A stretch of 64,000 nucleotides of DNA from Flavobacteriales bacterium (GTDB lineage Bacteria; Bacteroidota; Bacteroidia; NS11-12g; UBA955), in NCBI GenBank assembly GCA_947463125.1, contig CANHQZ010000003.1, forward strand, positions 26,483 through 90,482, in the 5' to 3' direction. A program made the translations under genes and the position numbers. Below are positions 56,890 to 64,000 of the stretch, piece by piece (the stretch's first letter is position 1; each line of letters opens with the position of its first letter). The notes below the pieces were generated by a model, which saw only the letters and a list, made by a program, of their open reading frames with translations, was not told the origin of the DNA and did no database searches.

Positions 56890-57537
56890 CTACTTTTTTC
56901 GAATCAGGGTAAGGCCATCTCTCATTGGCAATAATACCACCTCAATGCCGGGTGTTTTCGCCACTTTTTGGTTAAATAGGTGCATGCTGCGTGTATCAGC
57001 GTCATTCAGGCAGTCTTCTTCATTTAGCACCCGTCCGCTCCATAAAGTGTTGTCAAATAGCATCAAGCCTCCCTGTTTCAGTATGGGCAGGCAGCAATCC
57101 AGGTATTCTCCGTACTGCTGTTTGTCGGCATCCACAAAAATCATATCCGGTGTAACCTGCAATTCCGGGATTACACGGAGGGCTTCACCCGTATGAATAT
57201 GAATCTGCCTGTGTTTTGGGTGCTTTTCTGCCCATTGTGCTGCCTTCCAGGCCATTTCAGCATTGGCTTCGATGCTGTGCAATACACCATTTTCTGAAAG
57301 TCCTTCTGCCAGGCAAAGCGCTGAATAACCCGTGAATGTACCGATTTCCAGGATGCAATCTGCTTTGATCAAAGCGGCCATCATGGCCAGAAATCTGCCT
57401 TGCAGTTGCCCGCTCAGCATGCGTGGATTAGTAGTGTTGCGCCACGTGTATGCCGTGAGGTTTTGCAGCAATTCGGGCTCAGAACTGCTGTGTTTTTCAC
57501 AATACTGATGCAGGTCATCCTGCCAATCGGGGTGCAT
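56890..57537 (-). CDS. Class I SAM-dependent O-methyltransferase (caffeoyl-CoA OMT-like)
   Basis: SAM motif (ILEIGTFTGYSALCLA), FVDADK and LFDN motifs typical of cation-dependent OMTs. Confidence 0.85.
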   Translation of the reverse strand: MHPDWQDDLHQYCEKHSSSEPELLQNLTAYTWRNTTNPRMLSGQLQGRFLAMMAALIKADCILEIGTFTGYSALCLAEGLSENGVLHSIEANAEMAWKAAQWAEKHPKHRQIHIHTGEALRVIPELQVTPDMIFVDADKQQYGEYLDCCLPILKQGGLMLFDNTLWSGRVLNEEDCLNDADTRSMHLFNQKVAKTPGIEVVLLPMRDGLTLIRKK

Positions 57538-57707
57538 GGCACAAAGTTCGGGTTAATTGTAAAAAAAATATAACTTTCTTATAGTTTGAAAATCAACCAT
57601 ATAAAGCCAGCACAAATACCGTTGATAGCTATATTTTACACAAAAATGAAAAAATTTTGAGATTTCAAAAAAAAGTGTACTTTCGCGAGACAATAGGATT
57701 AAAAATT

Positions 57708-57929
57708 ATGTACTGGACATTAGAACTTGTAAGCTATCTGGATGACGCTCCATGGCCTGCTACCAAAGATGAGCTCATTGATTACGCCATTCGTTCCGGC
57801 GCACCTCTTGAGGTAATAGAAAACCTGCAGGAACTCGAAGATGACGGCGAACCCTACGAGAGCATTGAAGAAATCTGGAGCGATTATCCTACGGATGAAG
57901 ATTACTTCTTCAACGAGGATGAGTTATAA
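57708..57929 (+). CDS. DUF2795-like small acidic protein
   Basis: 73 aa from the ATG. Pattern L..YL....WPATK.ELI.YA...GAP.EV...L......YES..EIW. Confidence 0.65.
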   Translation: MYWTLELVSYLDDAPWPATKDELIDYAIRSGAPLEVIENLQELEDDGEPYESIEEIWSDYPTDEDYFFNEDEL

Positions 57930-57952
57930 TTTACAAAAAAGAAAAACATTGG

Positions 57953-57973
57953 AAGGCCGCCCAAAGCGGCCTT
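57953..57973. terminator. Bidirectional rho-independent terminator
   Basis: 8 bp GC-rich stem aaggccgc/gcggcctt with a 5 nt loop, followed by a T6 run and preceded by an A-rich tract. Lies between convergent stops at 57929 and 57976. Confidence 0.65.
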
Positions 57974-57975
57974 TT

Positions 57976-58494
57976 TTATTTGGCAAACACGATGGTGTTC
58001 TTTCGGATGATAACCGCCCCGGTGTTTAGTTTGAACCGGAAAGTGAGCTCAGCTGTATCAGGCATGCTATTCCAGGAGGGCACAGTCCAGTTGGATTGAA
58101 ACGAATACGTCCTGAGCCGCTGTTTATCAATAGGATCGTTGGTAATCTTCACAATCTCTATGTAAGGATTGCCTTCCAGGCTTTCACCGGCGGGTGTGCC
58201 GGGTAAATCTTTGTTGCAGGTTACTTTTACGCTGTCAGACAGCACAAAAGAACGGTAGCTTATTCCCAGTTCTTTTCTGTAACCAATACAACCGGTCTTT
58301 TTGCCCGGTTTACTTTCATTTCCTGTTACCACCTCATAGGTAAACTGGATAATGGGCTCTACCACATAGGCAACAGAATCAGCGAAGTAAACCTGGTTGA
58401 TACCGCTTACAAACTGGGTGCTAACAGGTCCGTCGCAAATGCATCCGGAGGCAAAAACCCCTAAGGCAATAGCGCTAAAGGGGAATAGATTCAT
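57976..58494 (-). CDS. Hypothetical lipoprotein
   Basis: Lipobox-like N-terminus (GVFASGC). No recognisable domain. Confidence 0.5.
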   Translation of the reverse strand: MNLFPFSAIALGVFASGCICDGPVSTQFVSGINQVYFADSVAYVVEPIIQFTYEVVTGNESKPGKKTGCIGYRKELGISYRSFVLSDSVKVTCNKDLPGTPAGESLEGNPYIEIVKITNDPIDKQRLRTYSFQSNWTVPSWNSMPDTAELTFRFKLNTGAVIIRKNTIVFAK

Positions 58495-58504
58495 AAGCAG
58501 CGTC

Positions 58505-61222
58505 TTATAAGGTGCGTTTTACCTGTTCTTCGGTGTACACTTCCAGGTAGTCACCCACTTCGATGTCGTTAAAGCGTTCTATTTGCAATCCGCATTCGAA
58601 GCCGCGCAGCACTTCTTTCACATCGTCTTTGAAGCGCTTCAGCGATGCGAGTTCGCCGGTATGAATTACCACACCATCGCGGATAACACGAATCTTGTTC
58701 TTGCGTTCCACTTTACCATCGGTAACCATACAACCGGCTACACTGCCCACTTTGCTGATTTTGAAGACTTCGCGCACTTCCACATTACCCACGATTTTCT
58801 CCACCACCTCAGGGCTAAGCATGCCTTCCATGGCGCTTTTCACCTCTTCGATGGCCTGGTAAATTACGGAGTAGTGTCGGATATCAATTTCTTCCTGCTC
58901 GGCCAGCTGACGGGCTTTGGCGCTGGGTCGCACCTGGAAGCCCACAATGATGGCGTCTGAAGCAGAAGCCAGCAGTACGTCGCTTTCCGAAATCTGGCCC
59001 ACACCGCTGTGAATTACAGAAACCATTACCTCTTCTGTGCTCAGTTTCAGCAGGGCATCAGACAAGGCCTCCACAGAACCATCCACATCACCTTTTACAA
59101 TGATTTTCAGTTCTTTGAAGTTTCCAATAGCCAGTCGGCGTCCGATTTCATCCAGTGTAATATGACGCTTGGTACGGATTCCCTGTTCGCGCACCAGCTG
59201 CATGCGTTTGGTGGCCAGTTCTTTGGCTTCGCTTTCCTCAGCCATAACCACCCAAACATCACCCGCAGTGGGGTTTTCGCTAAAGCCCAGCATTTTCACG
59301 GGTGTGCTCGGCGGTGCAAAATCTATTTTGTGGCCGCGTTCATTGAACAGGGCACGTACTTTGGCATAATGCGGACCAGCGACCATGTTGTCACCCACCC
59401 GGAGGGTTCCGGTTTGCACCAGCATGCTGCATACAATACCGCGTCCTTTTTCCATGGTAGCTTCAATGACGGTTCCTTTAGCCCTGCGCTTGGGGTTGGC
59501 TTTCAGCTCCATAATTTCGGCCTCGAGCAGAACCTTTTCAAGCAGTTTATCTACATTCAAGCCTTTTTTGGCAGATATCTCCTGGCACTGGAACTTACCG
59601 CCCCAGTCTTCCACCAGAATGTTCATGCCTGCGAGTTGTTCGCGTATTTTATCGGCATTGGCGCCTTCTTTATCAATTTTGTTGAAAGCAAATACCATGG
59701 GTACACCGGCTGCCTGAGCGTGCGCAATGGCTTCCTTGGTTTGAGGCATCACGCTGTCGTCCGCTGCAATTACAATAATGGCAATGTCGGTAACCTTGGC
59801 ACCACGTGCACGCATGGCGGTAAACGCTTCGTGACCGGGAGTATCCAGGAACGTGATCTTACGGTTGTCGGCAAGGGTAACCTCGTAGGCTCCGATGTGC
59901 TGTGTTATTCCACCCGCTTCACCGGCAATTACGTTGGCTTTACGCACATAATCCAGCAGTGAGGTTTTACCGTGGTCAACGTGACCCATCACGGTCACTA
60001 TCGGCGGGCGGTGTTGCAGGTCTTCGGGTGCATCATTTTCGTCCTCTTCCACTTCCAGCTGGGCTTCTGCATCCACAAATTCCACTTCAAAACCAAAGTC
60101 ACCTGCAACCAGCTGTATGGTTTCCGCATCCAGGCGCTGGTTGATGCTTACCATCATGCCCAGCGAGAAACAGGCAGATATTACTTTGGTAACCGCCATA
60201 TTCATCAAACTGGCAAGGTCATTGGCAGTCAGGAATTCGGTTACCTTGATGATTTTACTTTCTTTCTCCAGACGCTCTCTTTCCTCCATCCGCGTGTATT
60301 CGCGTGCTTCCTTGCGCTGGGTTTTAAGTTTTTGCTTGAGTCCGCGGGTTTGTCCTGCGCCACCCAGTTTACCCATGGTGGTTTTTACCTTATTGCGAAC
60401 GTCTTTCTGCGAGATTTCGGTTTTTCCATCGCCGGTTTTTTCCTTTTCCTTGGCGATGCGCTCCTCTTCCTTAATTTTATCCTGTACGGCAACTTTTTCG
60501 CCGCCTACCTTTTTGCGTTTGCGTTTACGCTTTTCTCTCAGATCATCCCGGGCTTCATCAGCCAGGTTTTTCACACCGCTAGGCGAATCTTTTGGAAGTT
60601 CGATTTTCCCAAGTACTTTGGGTCCGGAAAGTTTTTCGAATTTGGTTTCGACCTTTTCTACCTCTTCCTCCTCTGCCTCAACTACAGGAGTAGCCGGGAT
60701 CTCGGGTTCGGGCTCGGGCTTAGGAGCCTTAACTGGCTCTTCTACGGGTTTTTCTGCCTTCTTAACCGGTTTTGTCTCTTCAGCTTTCTCTTTTTCTTCG
60801 GTTTTTGGGGTCTTCCCTTTTTTGGGAGCAATTTCAATTTTTCCAAGAATTTTAGGTCCGCTGAGCTCTTCTTTGCGGGCTTCAATTTTCTCAGTTTCTT
60901 CTGCCGGCGGGGCCACCGGGGTTTCCTTTTTCACGGGAGCGGCTTTCACCGGTTCCGGTTCTTCGGTTTTAACAACCTGGGGTTTGGCCGCAGGTGGGGG
61001 AGGCGTGGGTTTGCCATCCCGGGCTGACTTGAGTTTGTTGGCCTCTTCCCGGGCGCTTTTGTCCGCGGCAAATTCCTGTACCAGCACCTGGTACATTTCC
61101 TCGGTTATTTTGGTAGTGAGTTTTGCTTCTACGCTAAAACCTTTTCCTTTCAGGGTTTCAGCCAGAATCTGGTAACTGCGATTGAGCTCGCTGGCAACTT
61201 TAGCTAAACGGTATTCCGCCAT
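58505..61222 (-). CDS. infB: Translation initiation factor IF-2
   Basis: Lys/Glu/Pro-rich N-terminal region. GTPase domain ([21 protein letters not shown]). C-terminal domains are conserved. Confidence 0.97.
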   Translation of the reverse strand: MAEYRLAKVASELNRSYQILAETLKGKGFSVEAKLTTKITEEMYQVLVQEFAADKSAREEANKLKSARDGKPTPPPPAAKPQVVKTEEPEPVKAAPVKKETPVAPPAEETEKIEARKEELSGPKILGKIEIAPKKGKTPKTEEKEKAEETKPVKKAEKPVEEPVKAPKPEPEPEIPATPVVEAEEEEVEKVETKFEKLSGPKVLGKIELPKDSPSGVKNLADEARDDLREKRKRKRKKVGGEKVAVQDKIKEEERIAKEKEKTGDGKTEISQKDVRNKVKTTMGKLGGAGQTRGLKQKLKTQRKEAREYTRMEERERLEKESKIIKVTEFLTANDLASLMNMAVTKVISACFSLGMMVSINQRLDAETIQLVAGDFGFEVEFVDAEAQLEVEEDENDAPEDLQHRPPIVTVMGHVDHGKTSLLDYVRKANVIAGEAGGITQHIGAYEVTLADNRKITFLDTPGHEAFTAMRARGAKVTDIAIIVIAADDSVMPQTKEAIAHAQAAGVPMVFAFNKIDKEGANADKIREQLAGMNILVEDWGGKFQCQEISAKKGLNVDKLLEKVLLEAEIMELKANPKRRAKGTVIEATMEKGRGIVCSMLVQTGTLRVGDNMVAGPHYAKVRALFNERGHKIDFAPPSTPVKMLGFSENPTAGDVWVVMAEESEAKELATKRMQLVREQGIRTKRHITLDEIGRRLAIGNFKELKIIVKGDVDGSVEALSDALLKLSTEEVMVSVIHSGVGQISESDVLLASASDAIIVGFQVRPSAKARQLAEQEEIDIRHYSVIYQAIEEVKSAMEGMLSPEVVEKIVGNVEVREVFKISKVGSVAGCMVTDGKVERKNKIRVIRDGVVIHTGELASLKRFKDDVKEVLRGFECGLQIERFNDIEVGDYLEVYTEEQVKRTL

Positions 61223-61282
61223 GTTTCGTGTTCAAATTTACGTTTTATCCTCTGCAATGCCAATTCGGAATATCGGGGTAAG

Positions 61283-61310
61283 GTTCCGTCGGCATGCGGG
61301 CCGGCGGAAC
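61283..61310. other. Imperfect 10 bp-stem hairpin within the 194 nt nusA-infB spacer
   Basis: gttccgtcgg-catgcggg-ccggcggaac (one mismatch or wobble). No adjacent T-run. Confidence 0.4.
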
Positions 61311-61416
61311 TATACCTCTCTATTCGCTATGTCGGCGGTTATATGCGGCATTGCTTTGCATATTTCCACCGCTGTGGCGACGATATTTTTCATGGAATGA
61401 AAAGCATCATCACCTA

Positions 61417-62682
61417 TCAGTCTTCAAATTCAGCTCTCAGAATATCTTTCACCTGCTGAATGGTTTCTTCTTCCAGTTCAGTGCGGCGAACGAGATCCTC
61501 GCTGCTGGCTCTCAGCACGGAACGTGCAGAGTCCAGTCCGATTTTCTTGAATTCATCGATAATCCATGCATCGATTTCGTCCAGGAATTCATCCAGTTCA
61601 ACATCATCCTCATCCTGTGTTTCCACATTTACGCGGTACACTTCAATCTGGTAGCCCGACAATTTACCGGCCAGTTTGATGTTGTGTCCGCCTTTACCGA
61701 TAGCCAGCGACACCTGATCGGCATCCAGAAACACATCGGCTTTTTTGTTGGTGTCGTCCAGTTCCATGCGGGTGATTTTTGCAGGTTGCAAAGCACGCTG
61801 AATGAACAGTGACAGGTTGGTGGTATAGTTGATGACGTCGATGTTTTCGTTGCGCAGTTCACGCACAATGCCGTGAATACGTGCACCTTTCACACCCACA
61901 CATGCACCCACGGGATCGATGCGGTCATCGTAGCTTTCTACAGCCACTTTAGCACGCTCACCGGGTTCTCTCACAATCTTCTTGATGGTAATCAAGCCGT
62001 CCAGAATTTCGGGAACTTCCAGTTCAAACAGGCGCTCCAAAAATTCAGGGCTGGTGCGTGACAAAATGATACGGGGCGCACCTTTGTCCATGTTCACTTC
62101 ATGAATTACGGCACGGAGGGTATCGCCTTTTTTGTACATATCACGGGGAATCATGTGCTCTTTAGGCAAAATCAGTTCATTGCCTTCATCGTCCAGCACC
62201 ATGATTTCGCGCTTCCATACATTGTAAACCTCGCCGCTGAGAATTTCGCCGCGCTTGTCTTTGTATTTGCGGAACAGTTCGTCTTTTTCCAGTTCAATAA
62301 TCCTGCTCATCAGGGTCTGACGGGCATTGAGTATGCTGCGGCGGCCGAAGTCATCCAGAAACACCTGCTGAATGCAATCTTCACCTACGGCGTAATCGGG
62401 TTCCAGTTGCTGTGCTTCACTCAGGCTAATCTGCAGGTTGGGGTCTTCCACTTCACCCTCTTCCACAATCAGACGCAGGTGATACATTTCAATATCACCG
62501 GTTTCGATGTTGATGATGATGTCGAAATTGGCCTCGGGACCGTATTTCTTGCGCAGAATACTGCGGAATACGTCTTCGAGTACACGCATCATGGTGACCC
62601 TGTCGATGTTCTTGAATTCTTTGAATTCCGAGAAACTCTCAATAAGGCTCATGCCCAGCTCTTTGGTTTTGGCTTTGCTCAT
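61417..62682 (-). CDS. nusA: Transcription termination/antitermination factor NusA
   Basis: N-terminal domain, S1 domain and two KH domains (GACVGVKGARI, AIGKGGHNI). Confidence 0.97.
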   Translation of the reverse strand: MSKAKTKELGMSLIESFSEFKEFKNIDRVTMMRVLEDVFRSILRKKYGPEANFDIIINIETGDIEMYHLRLIVEEGEVEDPNLQISLSEAQQLEPDYAVGEDCIQQVFLDDFGRRSILNARQTLMSRIIELEKDELFRKYKDKRGEILSGEVYNVWKREIMVLDDEGNELILPKEHMIPRDMYKKGDTLRAVIHEVNMDKGAPRIILSRTSPEFLERLFELEVPEILDGLITIKKIVREPGERAKVAVESYDDRIDPVGACVGVKGARIHGIVRELRNENIDVINYTTNLSLFIQRALQPAKITRMELDDTNKKADVFLDADQVSLAIGKGGHNIKLAGKLSGYQIEVYRVNVETQDEDDVELDEFLDEIDAWIIDEFKKIGLDSARSVLRASSEDLVRRTELEEETIQQVKDILRAEFED

Positions 62683-62683
62683 A

Positions 62684-63148
62684 TCAGTTGAAAGTTATTT
62701 TTATGGTTGCAGTTTTAATGTTTTCCCAGGCAATCTGTACGGGCCGGGTTTCCGTTTTTTTTCCTTTCAGCACAATAATTTCTTCTAGCTGAAGTTCTGT
62801 GCCTTCCAGGGCAATGAGTTTGGCTTCCATTTTTACTCCCTCTGCCGTTTCAATTTCCAGGGTTCTGCCGCAGTGCTTGGGAAGCTGCCTTATGTCTGAC
62901 AGTGGCTTGTCGGCACCCGGGGTGGAAATTTCGAAAGTAAACTTTCGGTCCCCGAAATCCCCCTCATCAATTTTCTGAGAAACGTGACGGGTAAAGGCGG
63001 ACAGGCGGTTCATGGTTACGGGCTCTGTTCCATCCACATAGAAACGATAGAAACCGGCCGGGCTGCCGCTGTGGGCAACCAGAAACAAATCATGTGCAAC
63101 AGCTTCCTGCTCCACCAGTGTTTTTAGTTTGGTTTCCAAATTTGCCAT
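62684..63148 (-). CDS. rimP: Ribosome maturation factor RimP
   Basis: About 154 aa directly upstream of nusA (1 nt spacer). Typical RimP N-terminal pattern. Start placed at the ATG two codons inside the track ORF, which begins at 63154 on a non-ATG codon. Confidence 0.88.
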   Translation of the reverse strand: MANLETKLKTLVEQEAVAHDLFLVAHSGSPAGFYRFYVDGTEPVTMNRLSAFTRHVSQKIDEGDFGDRKFTFEISTPGADKPLSDIRQLPKHCGRTLEIETAEGVKMEAKLIALEGTELQLEEIIVLKGKKTETRPVQIAWENIKTATIKITFN

Positions 63149-63158
63149 AGTCAATAAA

Positions 63159-63186
63159 AAAGGGGACTGCTTTTGGCTTGTCCCCT
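63159..63186 (-). terminator. Rho-independent terminator downstream of the cyclophilin gene
   Basis: 8 bp stem aaggggac/gtcccctt with a ~12 nt loop, followed on the minus strand by a T-run. Coordinates approximate. Confidence 0.5.
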
Positions 63187-63247
63187 TCCGTTATTAGTTT
63201 AGGAAAGTGATGCAAATATACGTCGGATTTTTGAATTACGCAAGTGA

Positions 63248-63991
63248 TTATGGCAAAACCCGCAGGGAGAGAATTCGGATATCTTTCAGCGGACGGTCCC
63301 CTTCTCCGGTTTCGGCATTCTGAAGCGCCTCCAGTAATTCATACCCTTTGGTTACAAATCCAAATACGGTATAATCCTGATCGAGGAAAGGCGATCCTCC
63401 CCAGGTGGCATATATCTGTTTTACCCGCTGGGGCAGGTTCTGGTAGGCTTTTTCCGCCATGGGCCCGACTTTCTTTTCCAGTTCGCTCTGCAATTCCTGC
63501 AGCGCTGCTCCATCCTGCCGTTGTGTTGCCACCTGATACCGCATCTGGTAGGAGATGTTTTCCGGATCTTGCATGAACTTCATGAAGGCTTTCTGCCTCA
63601 AAACATCTTTCATTTCACCGGCGCTTACCGGTTTTCCGGTAACAATGTAAAACTGACTGCCCGAGCTTTTTCTTTCCGGGTTGACTTCATCACCCTGTCT
63701 TGCAGCTGCCAGCGCTCCTTTGAAATGGTAGAGCGTATCGGATATTTCAGCATCCAGGTTATAGCCCGGTCCGCCTTGTCCGAGCATCATGCCCGGTTTT
63801 GCGCCTTTGCTGTCAGGATCGCCGGCCTGTACCATAAATTCTTTAATGATGCGGTGAAACAATGTGCCTTCATAGTAACGGCTGCGCACCAGTTTCAAAA
63901 AATTGTCACGGTGTTTTGGTGTGGCATCAAAAAGTGCCAGTTCGATTCTGCCCAGATCCGTGACCATTTCAACCTTTGTGTATTTGGCCAT
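63248..63991 (-). CDS. Peptidyl-prolyl cis-trans isomerase, cyclophilin type (with a ~60 aa insertion)
   Basis: Cyclophilin motifs (T..HR.NF..LV....Y.G..FHR.I..FM.Q.GDP, SQF.I, FG.V..G). Helical insert between the conserved halves. Confidence 0.85.
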   Translation of the reverse strand: MAKYTKVEMVTDLGRIELALFDATPKHRDNFLKLVRSRYYEGTLFHRIIKEFMVQAGDPDSKGAKPGMMLGQGGPGYNLDAEISDTLYHFKGALAAARQGDEVNPERKSSGSQFYIVTGKPVSAGEMKDVLRQKAFMKFMQDPENISYQMRYQVATQRQDGAALQELQSELEKKVGPMAEKAYQNLPQRVKQIYATWGGSPFLDQDYTVFGFVTKGYELLEALQNAETGEGDRPLKDIRILSLRVLP

Positions 63992-64000
63992 GGCAGCTGT

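Noticed and set aside
59009-61175. Three very long plus-strand ORFs (317, 351 and 352 aa) antisense to infB
   Set aside because: They lie entirely inside the well-supported IF-2 gene. Their products are low-complexity Phe/Leu/Ser/Gly-rich sequences, the mirror image of the Lys/Glu/Pro-rich IF-2 N-terminal region and of its codon bias. Nothing suggests they are expressed.
61310-61393. A 27-codon minus-strand ORF (MKNIVATAVEICKAMPHITADIANREV) in the nusA-infB spacer, considered as a miniature ylxR-like gene
   Set aside because: It is too short, has no resemblance to DUF448/YlxR that I can see, and has no supporting signal. It is mentioned only within the spacer finding.
63121-63154. An apparent 1 nt frame inconsistency between my hand reading of the T-run near 63119-63125 and the ORF-track translation of the rimP N-terminus
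   Set aside because: The ORF track is computed from the sequence, and the frames on both sides check out. I attribute the discrepancy to my manual counting of a homopolymer rather than to a frameshift or pseudogene. It is a reminder that hand-derived coordinates may be off by 1 nt.
1-64000. A search for mobile elements, defence systems (restriction-modification, CRISPR-Cas, toxin-antitoxin, Abi-like), prophage remnants, and tRNA or rRNA genes
   Set aside because: No integrase, transposase, recombinase, nuclease-helicase pair, methyltransferase-endonuclease pair, or tRNA-like or rRNA-like sequence was recognised in any ORF or intergenic region. The window appears to be core chromosome plus a polysaccharide utilisation region.

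Overview
This 64 kb window looks like a Bacteroidota chromosome. The evidence is a SusC/SusD pair, at least six proteins with type IX secretion (T9SS) C-terminal sorting domains, TAnnTTTG-type -7 promoter boxes, no Shine-Dalgarno sequences, and many 1-4 nt start/stop overlaps. I saw no tRNA or rRNA genes, CRISPR arrays, transposases, integrases or phage genes. About two thirds is housekeeping: xseAB, purS, selU/mnmH, rlmN, der, folA, nadK, rsmI, lnt, ftsH, rimP-nusA-infB, kynU and others. The accessory part is a large starch/maltodextrin utilisation region at about 31.9-54.0 kb. It holds susC-susD plus two small accessory proteins, four GH13 enzymes (one T9SS-secreted, one lipoprotein, two periplasmic-type), a T9SS-secreted non-catalytic glucan-binding protein, a GH65 maltose phosphorylase, beta-phosphoglucomutase, a sugar kinase and an MFS sugar symporter. 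Its only regulator is a Nudix-fold (NrtR/AraR-like) protein with a degenerate Nudix box. The most interesting observation is a 19 bp palindromic motif (wwGTGT-N7-ACACTw) in four promoter or intergenic regions of this locus, which I propose is that regulator's operator. Other observations are an 11-unit 8 bp tandem repeat between two convergent starch genes, a four-module Cys-rich T9SS protein next to a GH16 gene, an unusually long structured nusA-infB spacer, and two likely leaderless transcripts. I found no convincing defence, toxin or mobile system and do not claim one. CDS ends come from the supplied ORF track. Small features were located by hand counting and may be off by 1-2 nt. All family assignments rest on motif recognition by eye, not on database searches.
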